Virus record (IMG/VR): IMGVR_UViG_3300036790_000265
Coordinates: 1 to 64,000 of that record
DNA: 64,000 nucleotides
DNA from: a virus
Lineage: Duplodnaviria; Heunggongvirae; Uroviricota; Caudoviricetes
Reading direction: 5' to 3' (one strand)
The notes beneath the pieces are model-generated. The model had not been told where the DNA came from. It ran no database searches and was given only the letters and a program-made list of their open reading frames with translations. A program made the translations under genes and the position numbers. Shown in pieces: positions 35,319 through 44,682 of the stretch (positions within the stretch are counted from its first letter, which is position 1; the number at the start of each line of letters is the position of its first letter).

Positions 35319-35607
35319 CGTCGCCCCCTTGGGCTTGCTGACGAAGCACCTTGACCGTGGTCGGGCTCAACCGGACCCCGTACTCGCCGGCGAACCAGTC
35401 GGCGACCTTGTACGCGGACCCGCGGGCCAGCAGGATCGCGGTCCGCTGCTCGTCGTCCAGGGCGGCGAGCTGCCGGTGCCAGCGGCGGGTGTCCTCGGCG
35501 GCGACCAGGTTCCGCACAGACGCTGCGTGCCGCTTGGCTTTGCGGAGTTCCCGGGTGGCTCCCCGCCCGGCCGGGCCGCTGAACCTGGGTGGCTTGGCCG
35601 GGTTCAC
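35308..35607 (-). CDS. small HTH-containing protein
   Basis: DEQRTAILLARGSAYKVADWFAGEYGVRLSPTTVKVLR. Confidence 0.4.
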   Translation of the reverse strand: MNPAKPPRFSGPAGRGATRELRKAKRHAASVRNLVAAEDTRRWHRQLAALDDEQRTAILLARGSAYKVADWFAGEYGVRLSPTTVKVLRQQAQGGDGGG

Positions 35608-35903
35608 GCCGGGGCTCCCCTGCGGGCGAGTGGGGACCGGGAGCCGATCCGGGCGCGGGCCCGGGCGGCGTACGCCATCGCTTCGGCCCGCTCGGCCCAG
35701 CCGGGAGTGTCGTGGTCGAGCGGTGCCGTGTGCATCCGGCAGGCGGGGTTACGGCTCAGGAGGTACCAGGGCTGCCCGGCTTCGAGGAAGTCCCATTCGC
35801 ATCGGCACTGCGCCGGGCCGGGGACGTCCCGCCAGTTGACGGCAATCAACGGCGGTGGCGTGGCCGCTAGGCGTTCGGGTGCGGTGAGCAGTGCCGCGGT
35901 CAC
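35604..35903 (-). CDS. hypothetical protein
   Basis: ORF. Confidence 0.35.
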   Translation of the reverse strand: MTAALLTAPERLAATPPPLIAVNWRDVPGPAQCRCEWDFLEAGQPWYLLSRNPACRMHTAPLDHDTPGWAERAEAMAYAARARARIGSRSPLARRGAPA

Positions 35904-36253
35904 TTGGTCCTCCGTGTGCGTCCGGTGAGCAGGTACTCGGCGTCAGGCCACATCCGCACGGCCAGCCGGCCCAACTCGGCTTCCTGGTCGGCGGGCAGGG
36001 GGGTAGTGAGCCATTCCGGGTGTCCGGACGGCATGCCGGTGTTCTTACGGGCGGTGTCTTCGGCTGGGTTGCCGGTGCTGACAAACGCCCGGTGGCGGGC
36101 CGTCCAGGCGAGCAGCACGACCAGGGCGGCGAACACCGCGCCGAAGGTGTAGAAGTTCCGGTAGTCGCAGAACACGCCACCGGTCACGCTGAGCAGCGGA
36201 TAAGGCCAGTAGCGGGCGACCACCCGGCGGGCCCGTCTCACGCTGCCTCCCAC
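35900..36253 (-). CDS. hypothetical membrane protein
   Basis: TM segments. Confidence 0.4.
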   Translation of the reverse strand: MGGSVRRARRVVARYWPYPLLSVTGGVFCDYRNFYTFGAVFAALVVLLAWTARHRAFVSTGNPAEDTARKNTGMPSGHPEWLTTPLPADQEAELGRLAVRMWPDAEYLLTGRTRRTK

Positions 36254-36657
36254 GAGTGGACGAGCAGCCCGAGGGCGTACGCCCAGCCGAGTTCGCTATC
36301 GGGGTCGTCCGTGAGCGTGGTGTGGCACGGCCGGCACGGCGGGGCCTGGTTGTTCTCGTCGGTGATGGAGCCGCCGCGGGCGCGGGTCAACGGCTCGTGC
36401 ACGTCGTCGGCCCACCGGCCGCACGCCGCCAGCACCTTGGCCGGGATGCCTTCGGCCCCGCCCGCGGCGAGTTCGTAGACGATGCACAGCGGCCGCTCGG
36501 GGTAGAGCTCGGCGACCATCGCGCGGCGGGCCCGGTTCTCGGCGGCGCGTTTCTTGCTGACCGGGTTGATCCGGCCCGTTCGCTGGAGTCCCTTACCGGG
36601 CTGGAACCCGGCCGACCGCTGTAGCGGCCGGCCGGGGGCTAGTGGTGTCCGCTTCAT
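36238..36657 (-). CDS. HNH endonuclease
   Basis: VHEPLTRARGGSITDENNQAPPCRPCH (H-N-H with the CxxC..CxxC zinc knuckle LCIV...C). Confidence 0.65.
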   Translation of the reverse strand: MKRTPLAPGRPLQRSAGFQPGKGLQRTGRINPVSKKRAAENRARRAMVAELYPERPLCIVYELAAGGAEGIPAKVLAACGRWADDVHEPLTRARGGSITDENNQAPPCRPCHTTLTDDPDSELGWAYALGLLVHSWEAA

Positions 36658-36842
36658 GCCGCCACCAAGACTGCGGGCATCGACACGGGCAGTTCGGTTT
36701 TGATGTGGTAGTGGCCGCCGTGCCTGACCGCGTGCATCTGGACGCCCAGGTAAGCCCACTTAGCGATCTTGCGGTTGGCGGCTTTCTTCGTCGAGTAGGC
36801 GCGTTTGCCGCCGTCCGGGCACCATTGAGCGCGGGCCATCAC
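36654..36842 (-). CDS. small basic protein
   Basis: ORF. Confidence 0.3.
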   Translation of the reverse strand: MMARAQWCPDGGKRAYSTKKAANRKIAKWAYLGVQMHAVRHGGHYHIKTELPVSMPAVLVAA

Positions 36843-37444
36843 GACTCACCACCGGTACAAACCCGGTCGAAGATGTCGCGGGCGAGACGGGCATCACCGA
36901 GGGCGGTGTGGGCCTCGTAGACGTCCGGGTTAAGGCCGACTAGCGCGGCGGCCATGGTCAGCTTCAGCGGCCACGGCAGTGGGTAGTTGCCGTCAACCTG
37001 GCCGTGGATGTAGCCGCGCACCAGCGAGCCGATGTCGGTGTAGTGGTAGTCGGCGTCGAAGGGCCGGCCGTGATTCTCCAGCAAGGCGATGAGGTGTGCC
37101 GCGTCGAACCACGGATTGGTGCCAATCAGGTGCGCGCCAGCCAGCAGCGAGGCGATGTCGAAGGCGACCGCCCAGTCCGTGACAGGCTCGCGGCCACCCC
37201 TTAGTTCGTCGCGTGCCATGCCGGGGCGCTCGTAGCGGACAGAGCACCGCTCGTGGTAGCCGCCGATCTTGAGTGATTCGGGGTCCATCGGGCCTGAGGG
37301 CCGCAGGTGCCACAGGTACTCGGTGTCGCCTGGCCGGCCGAGGGCGGGGTCGCGGACGATCAGCGCGATCTCCCACGCCTCGCTGCCGCGATCAACGCGG
37401 ATTCCGCTGGTCTCGCAGTCTGCGAACACGAGGCGGTCGTTCAT
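36839..37444 (-). CDS. DEDDh 3'-5' exonuclease (DnaQ/epsilon-like)
   Basis: Exo I VFADCETSG; Exo III YEAHTALGDARLARDIF. Confidence 0.8.
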   Translation of the reverse strand: MNDRLVFADCETSGIRVDRGSEAWEIALIVRDPALGRPGDTEYLWHLRPSGPMDPESLKIGGYHERCSVRYERPGMARDELRGGREPVTDWAVAFDIASLLAGAHLIGTNPWFDAAHLIALLENHGRPFDADYHYTDIGSLVRGYIHGQVDGNYPLPWPLKLTMAAALVGLNPDVYEAHTALGDARLARDIFDRVCTGGES

Positions 37445-38040
37445 GATGCCACCTCAGGCCCGGCGGCCGGGAGGGCCAGCAGGTCACCCACGGGGATCGC
37501 GCCGGCCCGCCACGCCTCAGCGACGATCTGCTGAGCCTCGCTGGTGAGCGTGACGGTGGGAGTCGGGTCGTCGGCTTCGGGCAGCTCGATGCCGGGGATG
37601 TCGTCCTTGGTGAGCCGTTCCCCGGCGGCGGTCACGTAGTAGCCGGGTTTCTTCAGCGACTTGATGAGGTCGTCCACCCAGTACGGGTCCGGTTCGCTGC
37701 CGGTCTCCAGTGCCCCGGGCCAGTGCTCGATGAGGTGGACGATCAGCTCGTCCTGGGGGGCGACGATCTTCACGGTGTCGCGCAGCTTCTCCGGGTAGTT
37801 CTTCCTGGTCCAGGCGAGCAGCGCGGCGGGGTCCTTCACGTAGGCGCTTTTCTGCGCAGGCTTGGGCATGGCCACCCAGGCGGCTGTCTTGCCGCCGAAC
37901 TTCACGGCGTGCCGCTCGCCGGATTCCAGTTCCCTGCGGGCGGCCGGGATCATCTCGCTGGTGCGCAGCGCGGCCAGGATCTCGGTGAGCACCTTGGCCA
38001 CGGTGAGCCGCTGCACGAGGCTCAGGGCCGGGGCGGTCAC
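37441..38040 (-). CDS. hypothetical protein
   Basis: ORF. Confidence 0.4.
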   Translation of the reverse strand: MTAPALSLVQRLTVAKVLTEILAALRTSEMIPAARRELESGERHAVKFGGKTAAWVAMPKPAQKSAYVKDPAALLAWTRKNYPEKLRDTVKIVAPQDELIVHLIEHWPGALETGSEPDPYWVDDLIKSLKKPGYYVTAAGERLTKDDIPGIELPEADDPTPTVTLTSEAQQIVAEAWRAGAIPVGDLLALPAAGPEVAS

Positions 38041-39167
38041 GCCACTGCCTCAGCGGTGTCAGCGACACGGGCGAGGATCGCCGCGCGAATCTGGCCCGCC
38101 CGGGTCTCGTCGATGTTCCCGGCCGCGAACTCGGCCTCCAGTTCAGCGATGGCCGCGTCAGCGTCGGCGTGGCATTCGACGCATTCGACCTTGGGTGCCC
38201 ACGGGTCCTCGGGGTCGAGCGGCGCGGGAGCCTCCTGGGCCGCTGCGGCGAGATCGGCGGCCCGGGCCTTGAGCAGTTCCGCGATGGCCAGCGCGGTCTC
38301 GGCGGTGATCTCGCGCGCGTTCCGCTTGGCCGCCGTCTGGCGCCATAGCGCCTGGCCTGCTTCCTCTGTGCCGAAGCACGCCGCGTGTTCCTTCATCGCG
38401 TCCACCCAGGCGGGGTCTTCCTCGATGACCTCGGCGTCCACAGGCGCGCTCGCCGGCTGCTGCCGGGAACTGGACCACGCAGCCTCTTCCACGATCTCGC
38501 CACCGACGACGTTGCCGTCCCCGTCCACTTCGGCGCCCAGTTCCTCGGGCGTGTAGTGCAGGCCGAACAGGGCTTCCTCACAGGCGTCGCGGGCGCACTG
38601 GGTGATGGCGCGGCTCTTGAGCATCGCGGCCGGGTACTTGATCCAGACGTCCTTGCCCAGCAGCTTCGCCATCTCGGCACTGGGGTTGTCGTCAGCGTTC
38701 TTGCGCAGCGTCCAGGTCACCTGGAAGGTGAAGCCGGGGTCGTCGCAGCGGACGATCTGGCAGGTGGCTGACTTACTGTCGCCGAACACGCGGAGCTTGT
38801 GCCCGGCCCGCCGCACCAGCGCGGAGATCAGCCCGGCGCTCGCGGACGGCTTGCCCTCGATCACATGCACGCCGGTCATCGCGGCCATCGGGGCCAGGCG
38901 CAGCATCTCGCCGTACTCCAGCGCCCACAGCACGTTCGCGGGCTGATTGCGGTACTGGGCAGGCAGCAGGCCAGAATCGGCCAGCAGTTCGCAGTACTGG
39001 ATTTTCGCGGGCAGAGATTGCTGCTGACGGACAGCAGGCAGGTTCGGGGCCTCCAGCGCCGCCGCAGCCGCTGCTGCGACCTCGGGGCTCTCGGGAACCG
39101 GGGCGGTGGTGTCGTCGGGGGTTTCGTCCGGCCGAGGATCTGCGTTTGTATCGGCGATGACGGTCAT
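38037..39167 (-). CDS. recT: RecT-family single-strand annealing protein
   Basis: IQYCELLADSGLLPAQYRNQPANVLWALEYGEMLRLAPMAAMTGVHVIEGKPS core. Confidence 0.75.
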   Translation of the reverse strand: MTVIADTNADPRPDETPDDTTAPVPESPEVAAAAAAALEAPNLPAVRQQQSLPAKIQYCELLADSGLLPAQYRNQPANVLWALEYGEMLRLAPMAAMTGVHVIEGKPSASAGLISALVRRAGHKLRVFGDSKSATCQIVRCDDPGFTFQVTWTLRKNADDNPSAEMAKLLGKDVWIKYPAAMLKSRAITQCARDACEEALFGLHYTPEELGAEVDGDGNVVGGEIVEEAAWSSSRQQPASAPVDAEVIEEDPAWVDAMKEHAACFGTEEAGQALWRQTAAKRNAREITAETALAIAELLKARAADLAAAAQEAPAPLDPEDPWAPKVECVECHADADAAIAELEAEFAAGNIDETRAGQIRAAILARVADTAEAVA

Positions 39168-39487
39168 TACTTCTCTCCGTAGGTCAGGGCGGCCAGCAGC
39201 GCTCGCGCAGCGGAACGGCGGCCGGGAAGGTGCGGGAGGTTCCGGCGGGGGCGCACAGGCGCACTCAGCGCAGACGCGCCGGGAAGCTGGCTGTCGTACA
39301 GGCGGGCGAACAGCACCTCACGCCTGTGGGCCAGCAGACTCTGGTGAGCCCAGCGGTCAAGGTGCTCGGACACCTCGTGCAAGGCCAGGGTGTCGGCGGA
39401 CCGGGCCAGCCATTCGAGGTTGCGGGCACGCTCGGCGTCGGTCAGGGGACGGTGGCAGGGCACGGGGCCGAGAGTCACGGTGGTCAT
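39167..39487 (-). CDS. hypothetical protein
   Basis: ORF. Confidence 0.35.
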   Translation of the reverse strand: MTTVTLGPVPCHRPLTDAERARNLEWLARSADTLALHEVSEHLDRWAHQSLLAHRREVLFARLYDSQLPGASALSAPVRPRRNLPHLPGRRSAARALLAALTYGEK

Positions 39488-39744
39488 GACTGGCGGCCGT
39501 CCCACTCGGCGGCCTGCTCACCGATGCCGAACAGGATGCGCTCAGCCCTGGCCAGCAAGGGCGAGGAGCTGATGATCTGCTCCTGGAGGGTGGCCAGCAC
39601 GGAACTCGCGGGACGCCGCGGCACGAAGGCCACGGGCGCGGCAGCGGGAACAGGTGTCTCGGGTTCGTCGACCGCACGGCGGCTGAGCAGGACGACGATG
39701 ACGGCCAGCGCCAGCAGGGTCAGGGCGACGATCAGCGCGGTCAC
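39484..39744 (-). CDS. small membrane protein
   Basis: N-terminal TM MTALIVALTLLALAVIVVLL. Confidence 0.4.
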   Translation of the reverse strand: MTALIVALTLLALAVIVVLLSRRAVDEPETPVPAAAPVAFVPRRPASSVLATLQEQIISSSPLLARAERILFGIGEQAAEWDGRQS

Positions 39745-39838
39745 CGGGGGTCACCCCACCGGGATTGCGCGAGGACACCTGCGGCGATGATCACAGCCAG
39801 CGCGGCGGCAACGATGACCACCAGGACAGCCGGGGGCA

Positions 39839-40096
39839 TCAGGCGGCGCGCCGGTCGGTATGGCCGATGACGAGCACGATCTGGCACGGGGAGAACACCA
39901 TGGACCCGCGCTGGTGGCCGATGCGGTAGTCGAGAACGGCGTGCGCCGGATCGGCCAGGTGAACGGCCTCGACCTCGACATCGAATGGGTCACGTCCGAC
40001 ACGGCGCTGGTCCACCATGTGGGGCTGGAGGTGAGCGAGCGCGCCAGGCTTCAAGTCGCGGGCGGTGACCCGGCGGCCGGTGATGTAGGTGTTCAT
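39839..40096 (-). CDS. hypothetical protein
   Basis: ORF. Confidence 0.35.
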   Translation of the reverse strand: MNTYITGRRVTARDLKPGALAHLQPHMVDQRRVGRDPFDVEVEAVHLADPAHAVLDYRIGHQRGSMVFSPCQIVLVIGHTDRRAA

Positions 40097-40160
40097 TGAG
40101 CTGGTCTCCCTTCGTGTTACCTTTGGTTCCGGCAGGTCGGGTCTCCCTTCCCTGCCGTCC

Positions 40161-40196
40161 CGCCCCGCCGGTTGCATCGGCGGGGCGAAGCTTTTT
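40161..40196. terminator. GC hairpin (CGCCCCGCCG-n7-CGGCGGGGCG) followed by a T-tract on the plus strand
   Basis: Read directly; lies between the XRE operon and downstream genes. Confidence 0.4.
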
Positions 40197-40366
40197 CAGG
40201 CCGCGTCACTTTCCTTCCGCGAGGCGGCGTCGGTGTTGTGCTGGCGGGCGCGGGCCGCGACCCGTTCGATCTCGTCTCGGGTGAGAGCAGGCGCCGGGTC
40301 AGCGGCTTCGTCAGCGACGCCGGCGGCGAACGCCTGCTCGGCCGTGACGATCCGGTCGGTGCTCAT
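40196..40366 (-). CDS. small protein (56 aa) co-transcribed with the XRE repressor
   Basis: ATGA overlap with the XRE gene stop. Confidence 0.3.
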   Translation of the reverse strand: MSTDRIVTAEQAFAAGVADEAADPAPALTRDEIERVAARARQHNTDAASRKESDAA

Positions 40367-40659
40367 GACTGGCTCGGCACGCTGAGGGGGCGCCGCGCCG
40401 CGCTTCCGTCCCGGCTCGTGCCGGTCAGGGCACCGTGCAGAGATGTGCCGGGCTTGACGATGGCCACCAGCGGGACATCCAACTCGCGGGCGATCGCGGT
40501 GAGCGTCTCCAGACCTGCGCCGCGGTTTCCGTTCTCGATGTTCTTGAGTGACGACGATGCGATGCCGACCCGCGCGGCGAACTCGTCCGGCTTCAGGTCG
40601 CGGTCCCGGCGCAGGCGCCTGATCTCGGCACCGTCCTGGTACCCACTGCTGACATCCAC
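40363..40659 (-). CDS. XRE-family HTH repressor (CI-like)
   Basis: EIRRLRRDRDLKPDEFAARVGIASSSLKNIENGNRGAGLETLTAIARELDVPL. Confidence 0.8.
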   Translation of the reverse strand: MDVSSGYQDGAEIRRLRRDRDLKPDEFAARVGIASSSLKNIENGNRGAGLETLTAIARELDVPLVAIVKPGTSLHGALTGTSRDGSAARRPLSVPSQS

Positions 40660-40885
40660 AAGGACACTCTAGGATTCACGAGGAATCAGCGTCAAGTCCT
40701 CTGGAGCATCTTTTGCCACATCAGAGACCTAGTGAATCATCCTGAACCTTAGTAGACGCACGAGAAACCCTTATGGTTTACCGGCTGACTTGACAGATTC
40801 GGGCGTGCTGGGAGACTCTAGGCCGGGAGCGGATTCCCCCTGAATCCCTAGGCCGCCGCCTGGGCCACACGGAGGCACACCCCTG
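40660..40885. promoter_or_regulatory. divergent promoter/operator region; GGATTC-n5-GAATCC inverted repeats at 40672-40687 and 40831-40847, CTAGG repeats
   Basis: Read directly; AT-richer than surroundings. Confidence 0.55.
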
Positions 40886-41308
40886 ATGGCAGCAGACCCG
40901 CGCTGGGTGCACCTGGGTACCCTCCTGGTACGCAGGCGCGTCGAGATGAACCCCAGGTTCCGCAACCGGCGCACCTTCGCAGCCGAGCGCAAGATCGAGT
41001 ACCGCTACGTCAGCGACATCGAGCGCGCAGCCCGCTCCAACTTCGAGGCACAGACCATCGCCCAGTTCGAGATCGCCTACGACCTGCCCGCGGGCGCGAT
41101 TGAGCGCGCCATCGCCACGGGAGTACTTGTCACCGGCGATGACGTGCCCGAGCCGGTGCCAGCCCCAGAACCAGAGAACACGGACCTGGCGTATGTGCGG
41201 AAGTCGCTCCCGCATCTAGAGCCGGCGCACCTCGCCGTCCTGGCCGGCCTCGTGAAGTCCTGGATCGAGCCGATTCCACCGGCCGTGGACCAGCGGCACA
41301 CCGCCTAA
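40886..41308 (+). CDS. HTH DNA-binding protein (Cro/antirepressor-side gene of the switch)
   Basis: RRTFAAERKIEYRYVSDIERAARSNFEAQTIAQFEIAYDLPAGAI. Confidence 0.55.
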   Translation: MAADPRWVHLGTLLVRRRVEMNPRFRNRRTFAAERKIEYRYVSDIERAARSNFEAQTIAQFEIAYDLPAGAIERAIATGVLVTGDDVPEPVPAPEPENTDLAYVRKSLPHLEPAHLAVLAGLVKSWIEPIPPAVDQRHTA

Positions 41309-41949
41309 CTGGCGCAGACCCTCACCCGGATTCCAAGTAGTCCGATCTTCACGATGCACTGCACCTGATGCCCGGGTGGTGTCGTCCCCGGCGGCGTCGT
41401 GACGGGCTGTGTCGGCGTGATCGTGACCGGCGGCGGTGAAGGCCCCCGAGAGGACGACGGGCCGGACGGGAGCGCCAGGCGCGTGTGAGCGGCCAGGACC
41501 GCCGCAGGGCTGCCAGCCTCATGCTGCGGCGTGGTCCTGGCCGCGACCTCTCGCCGCGGACGATCCGTGCGTGGTGGTGGAGGAACGGTCGCTGTTGTGG
41601 TCGCGGCGGGAGGGGTGCTCTGCGGCTCCCCCGCGGGGTGCGGGACCGCAGACGCTACGAGGGCCAGCCCGGCCGCGGTGCCTGCTGCAACGACAGCTGA
41701 GGCGGCGGCGGGGATGCCGGGATGCCGGTGCGCCGCTTCAGCGGCCCCAGCAGCGAACAACGCGGCGGGCACGAGTACCAGATCGCGGCGGTCAGTGCCC
41801 AGCAGGCGCTTGGCTTCGCGGACGGCTTCGGTTCTTTCGTGCCGCGATAGACCTCGCCAGATGAGGAAGACGGGCTGTCCGTCCTCCATTTTCACGACGA
41901 CGGGGCCTTCGGGGGGAAGGTCGTCAACGTAACGGTAACCGCGGATCAT
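41305..41949 (-). CDS. membrane protein with Pro/Thr-rich C terminus
   Basis: Two TM segments, PPPVTITPTQPVTTPPGTTPPG. Confidence 0.45.
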   Translation of the reverse strand: MIRGYRYVDDLPPEGPVVVKMEDGQPVFLIWRGLSRHERTEAVREAKRLLGTDRRDLVLVPAALFAAGAAEAAHRHPGIPAAASAVVAAGTAAGLALVASAVPHPAGEPQSTPPAATTTATVPPPPRTDRPRREVAARTTPQHEAGSPAAVLAAHTRLALPSGPSSSRGPSPPPVTITPTQPVTTPPGTTPPGHQVQCIVKIGLLGIRVRVCAS

Positions 41950-42266
41950 GAGAGATTCCGGGCGATGTGCTGCCATGCCTCCCCAGCGGACCTATTCCCG
42001 ATTGCGTCACGGGAAATAACAACGACTGCGCCGCCGGGCAGGCGGATCGCCTGGAATGCGCGCGTGCAGGAATGATAGGCGGCGACAAACTGGGGCGGGG
42101 GGTCCGACCATTGCGGGCGCCCGAGGTTCGCGCATGCGGCGTTGAGAGCTGCCTGGGCGGCGGCTGCGCGGGCCTCGGCTTGGTCCGCGCGGTCGCGTTC
42201 CTGCTTGATCTGGGCACGCAGGCCGCCGCTGTCGATGTCTCTCACTGCACGCTCAGGGGTTGTCAT
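41946..42266 (-). CDS. hypothetical protein
   Basis: ORF. Confidence 0.4.
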   Translation of the reverse strand: MTTPERAVRDIDSGGLRAQIKQERDRADQAEARAAAAQAALNAACANLGRPQWSDPPPQFVAAYHSCTRAFQAIRLPGGAVVVISRDAIGNRSAGEAWQHIARNLS

Positions 42267-42717
42267 CTCCGCCTTCCCTAGCCGCTGGCTGACTCGGGGT
42301 GTGGCGCAGGATCGCTGTCCAGGCGGGTGGGCAGGATGGTGCGTCGCGAAAGCGATAATAGGTCCGCCGTTTCCCGTTTTGCAACATGCCGTTTCCCGCG
42401 AGGTCAGCGAAAGTTTTGCACGTCATTCCATGTAAACCGCTGCCCGTCGGTGGGCGTCTCATGCGTCATCATCAGGACATTCTTGTCCATGCGAATTAAC
42501 TGCGTTCTGGGGCAAACAGCCAACTTTACCTTCACGTTACTTTCACCACCTATTTACGGACGCAGGTAAATAACCGGCTGTGGTTCCTCGTGCGCAGCCG
42601 GTCCTCTCCACTGGCAGCCCCCAGTTGCCGGGGACGCTGCCAGACAGTCATGTCCCGGCAGCCCCGCAGGCTACTCCTGCCCGGCAACCTACTCCCGGCG
42701 CAGAGGGGGTGTCCAGG

Positions 42718-43029
42718 GTGACCGGGTTATCCCCGGTGATCGGGCTGATCCAGGTACTCGCTAAGAACTGGTGGATCATGGAAATCGACCGGTTCGGGCC
42801 CGAGCCCGCCTACGTGCAGATAGCCAACTGGCTCAGGCAGCGGATCACCAGCGGCGATCTGCCACCAGGCACCCCCATCCCCAGCAAGAAGCAGATACGC
42901 CAGGAACTCGGCGTCGCCGGCCAGACAGTGGACAAAGCTGTCCAGATACTCAAAGACGAAGGCCTCGTGGCCACCGCCCGCGGCCTCGGCATCTACGTCA
43001 TCGACACCAAGAAGCCCCGCCAGCCATAA
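42718..43029 (+). CDS. GntR-family winged-HTH regulator (short, HTH-only)
   Basis: PAYVQIANWLRQRITSGDLPPGTPIPSKKQIRQELGVAGQTVDKAVQILKDEGLVATARGLGIYV. Confidence 0.75.
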   Translation: MTGLSPVIGLIQVLAKNWWIMEIDRFGPEPAYVQIANWLRQRITSGDLPPGTPIPSKKQIRQELGVAGQTVDKAVQILKDEGLVATARGLGIYVIDTKKPRQP

Positions 43030-43068
43030 GCGCTGGCGGGGCCATGCGGCACCAGACGTGCGGTAACC

Positions 43069-43752
43069 CTACCCGGCGGTATTCGCGTCCTCCCACTTAC
43101 CGCTCAGCGGGTCCTGCACGATCTCACACGACGCAATGTTGTAGCTCCCGGTCGCCGTCGCGGCCGAGACCAGCTTGCCGTCCACCAGGATCCGGCAGTG
43201 CACCGCCCCGCCGCCATTCAACTGGGCCTCGATGGAGTAGTCGTCGGCGTGCTCGAGCTTCCCGGTCACCTTCATCGGCACGTGGCCGGTCAGCGATGAT
43301 CCCTGCGCGCCGTAGGTCACGTCCGCGGCCGAGCCGGTGACTTCGTAGGTGACCGTGCTCGGCACCGCGGCTGCGGCGCTGGCCGGGTGGCTCGCGGGCG
43401 CACTCGACGGTGTGCCCGCGGCGGGAGTGGTGGCCGCGGCGGGGGTTTTCTTGCCGCTAGCCGATCCCGCAACCGCGGCAATGATGAAGACCACGACCGC
43501 AGCGGCGCAGATCAGCACGATGTTCCGCGTGGTGTGCTTACGCTTTGGCGGCCTCGGCGGCGGCTGGTATCGCTGTGGCGGCAGGTAGCCAGGATCCTGC
43601 GGCGGCGGGTAGCCCTGGCCAGGAGGCTTGTACTGCTGCTGGGGTGGCGGCTGGCGCCCCAGCATATGTGCAGGCGGCGGCCGGTCGCCTTGCTCCCAGG
43701 GTTGCGGAGGGCGGCCGGAACGCTGTGGAGGTAATCCGTACTGATCGCTCAT
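43069..43752 (-). CDS. Pro-rich membrane-anchored protein (single TM, extracytoplasmic domain)
   Basis: PPQ repeats, TM IVLICAAAVVVFIIAAVAG. Confidence 0.5.
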   Translation of the reverse strand: MSDQYGLPPQRSGRPPQPWEQGDRPPPAHMLGRQPPPQQQYKPPGQGYPPPQDPGYLPPQRYQPPPRPPKRKHTTRNIVLICAAAVVVFIIAAVAGSASGKKTPAAATTPAAGTPSSAPASHPASAAAAVPSTVTYEVTGSAADVTYGAQGSSLTGHVPMKVTGKLEHADDYSIEAQLNGGGAVHCRILVDGKLVSAATATGSYNIASCEIVQDPLSGKWEDANTAG

Positions 43753-43824
43753 GCCCGGTAAGACGCACCACCGGGCTCCGTGGTTTACCCTGGCCGTGGT
43801 TTCCCCGCAGCCCAGCGAACTGGC

Positions 43825-44673
43825 TCATATGATCAGATCCCGCGCGGCCCTGGTCAGCAGTTCCCGCGCACCGGCGCCCGTTTCGGCCGCGGCGAGCAGA
43901 TCGTCCATGATGTTGCCGTACCGCGAAGCCTCGGCGAGTTCCGGCTTCACCTCGGACGTGTAGGTCTCCATGATCACGAGGTCGTCCACCATCAGGAACC
44001 CGAGGATGGGCACCACGGCTAGTTCCCGGCCCGGTGGGATGACCCCGAACGTCACGTTGGCCAGCCCCGTCACCGTGAGCAGCCGGTCGATCTGCGCAGA
44101 CATCACTGGCACCGGGCACGTCAGGTAGCGGACCGCGGCCTCGCAGATCACGAACTCGAACGTCTTACCCGAGTCGTACAGCACTTCCTGCCGGCGCGCC
44201 CGCGCGGCGACCGCTTCCTCAACACCATCCGGGCTTTCCCCGAACCGGCGTGCCGATATCTCCATCTGGGAGCGGGCGTAGTCCGGGGTCTGGAGCAGGC
44301 CCGGGACTAGCAGCGTCTCGAAGTTACGGATGCGGGATGCCCCGCGCACGATCGTGTCGTACTCGGCTTGGAGCGCGGCGTGGCCGCTCCGCAGCCGCAG
44401 CCGCCATTCCCGGTACACGGACTGTGCCTCGTCCAGCAGCGCCAGCAGGTCAGCACGTTCGTCTGGCTGGCCGCAGGCAGTGACCCAGCCTGTGATGTCG
44501 GCCTCGGTGGGCATCTGGCGGCCGTTCTCCAGCTTGGGCACCTTGCTGCGGGGCCACCCCAGCTGGGCGGCAAGTTCGACACCAGTGAGCCCGGCGGTCT
44601 TGCGGATGCGCACCAGGCGCTCCGCGAGGCCGCCGGGCTGATTGAGCCATACTCCAGTCGGCTGCACGGTCAT
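43825..44673 (-). CDS. XRE-family HTH regulator with DUF5753-type C-terminal domain
   Basis: LVRIRKTAGLTGVELAAQLGWPRSKVPKLENGRQ; actinomycete Scr1-like architecture. Confidence 0.7.
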   Translation of the reverse strand: MTVQPTGVWLNQPGGLAERLVRIRKTAGLTGVELAAQLGWPRSKVPKLENGRQMPTEADITGWVTACGQPDERADLLALLDEAQSVYREWRLRLRSGHAALQAEYDTIVRGASRIRNFETLLVPGLLQTPDYARSQMEISARRFGESPDGVEEAVAARARRQEVLYDSGKTFEFVICEAAVRYLTCPVPVMSAQIDRLLTVTGLANVTFGVIPPGRELAVVPILGFLMVDDLVIMETYTSEVKPELAEASRYGNIMDDLLAAAETGAGARELLTRAARDLII

Positions 44674-44682
44674 CCCTGTTGA

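Noticed and set aside
40161-40196. Canonical Rho-independent terminator for the minus-strand XRE operon
   Set aside because: The T-tract follows the stem on the plus strand, not the minus strand. It may still act as an I-shaped (tractless) terminator for minus-strand transcripts, as is common in actinomycetes, so the strand is left undetermined.
42267-42717. tRNA or other structured RNA gene in the 450-bp non-coding gap
   Set aside because: I could not fold a cloverleaf (no GTTC-type T-arm paired with an acceptor stem). The region looks like a divergent promoter with direct repeats. A computational tRNA or ncRNA scan would still be worthwhile.
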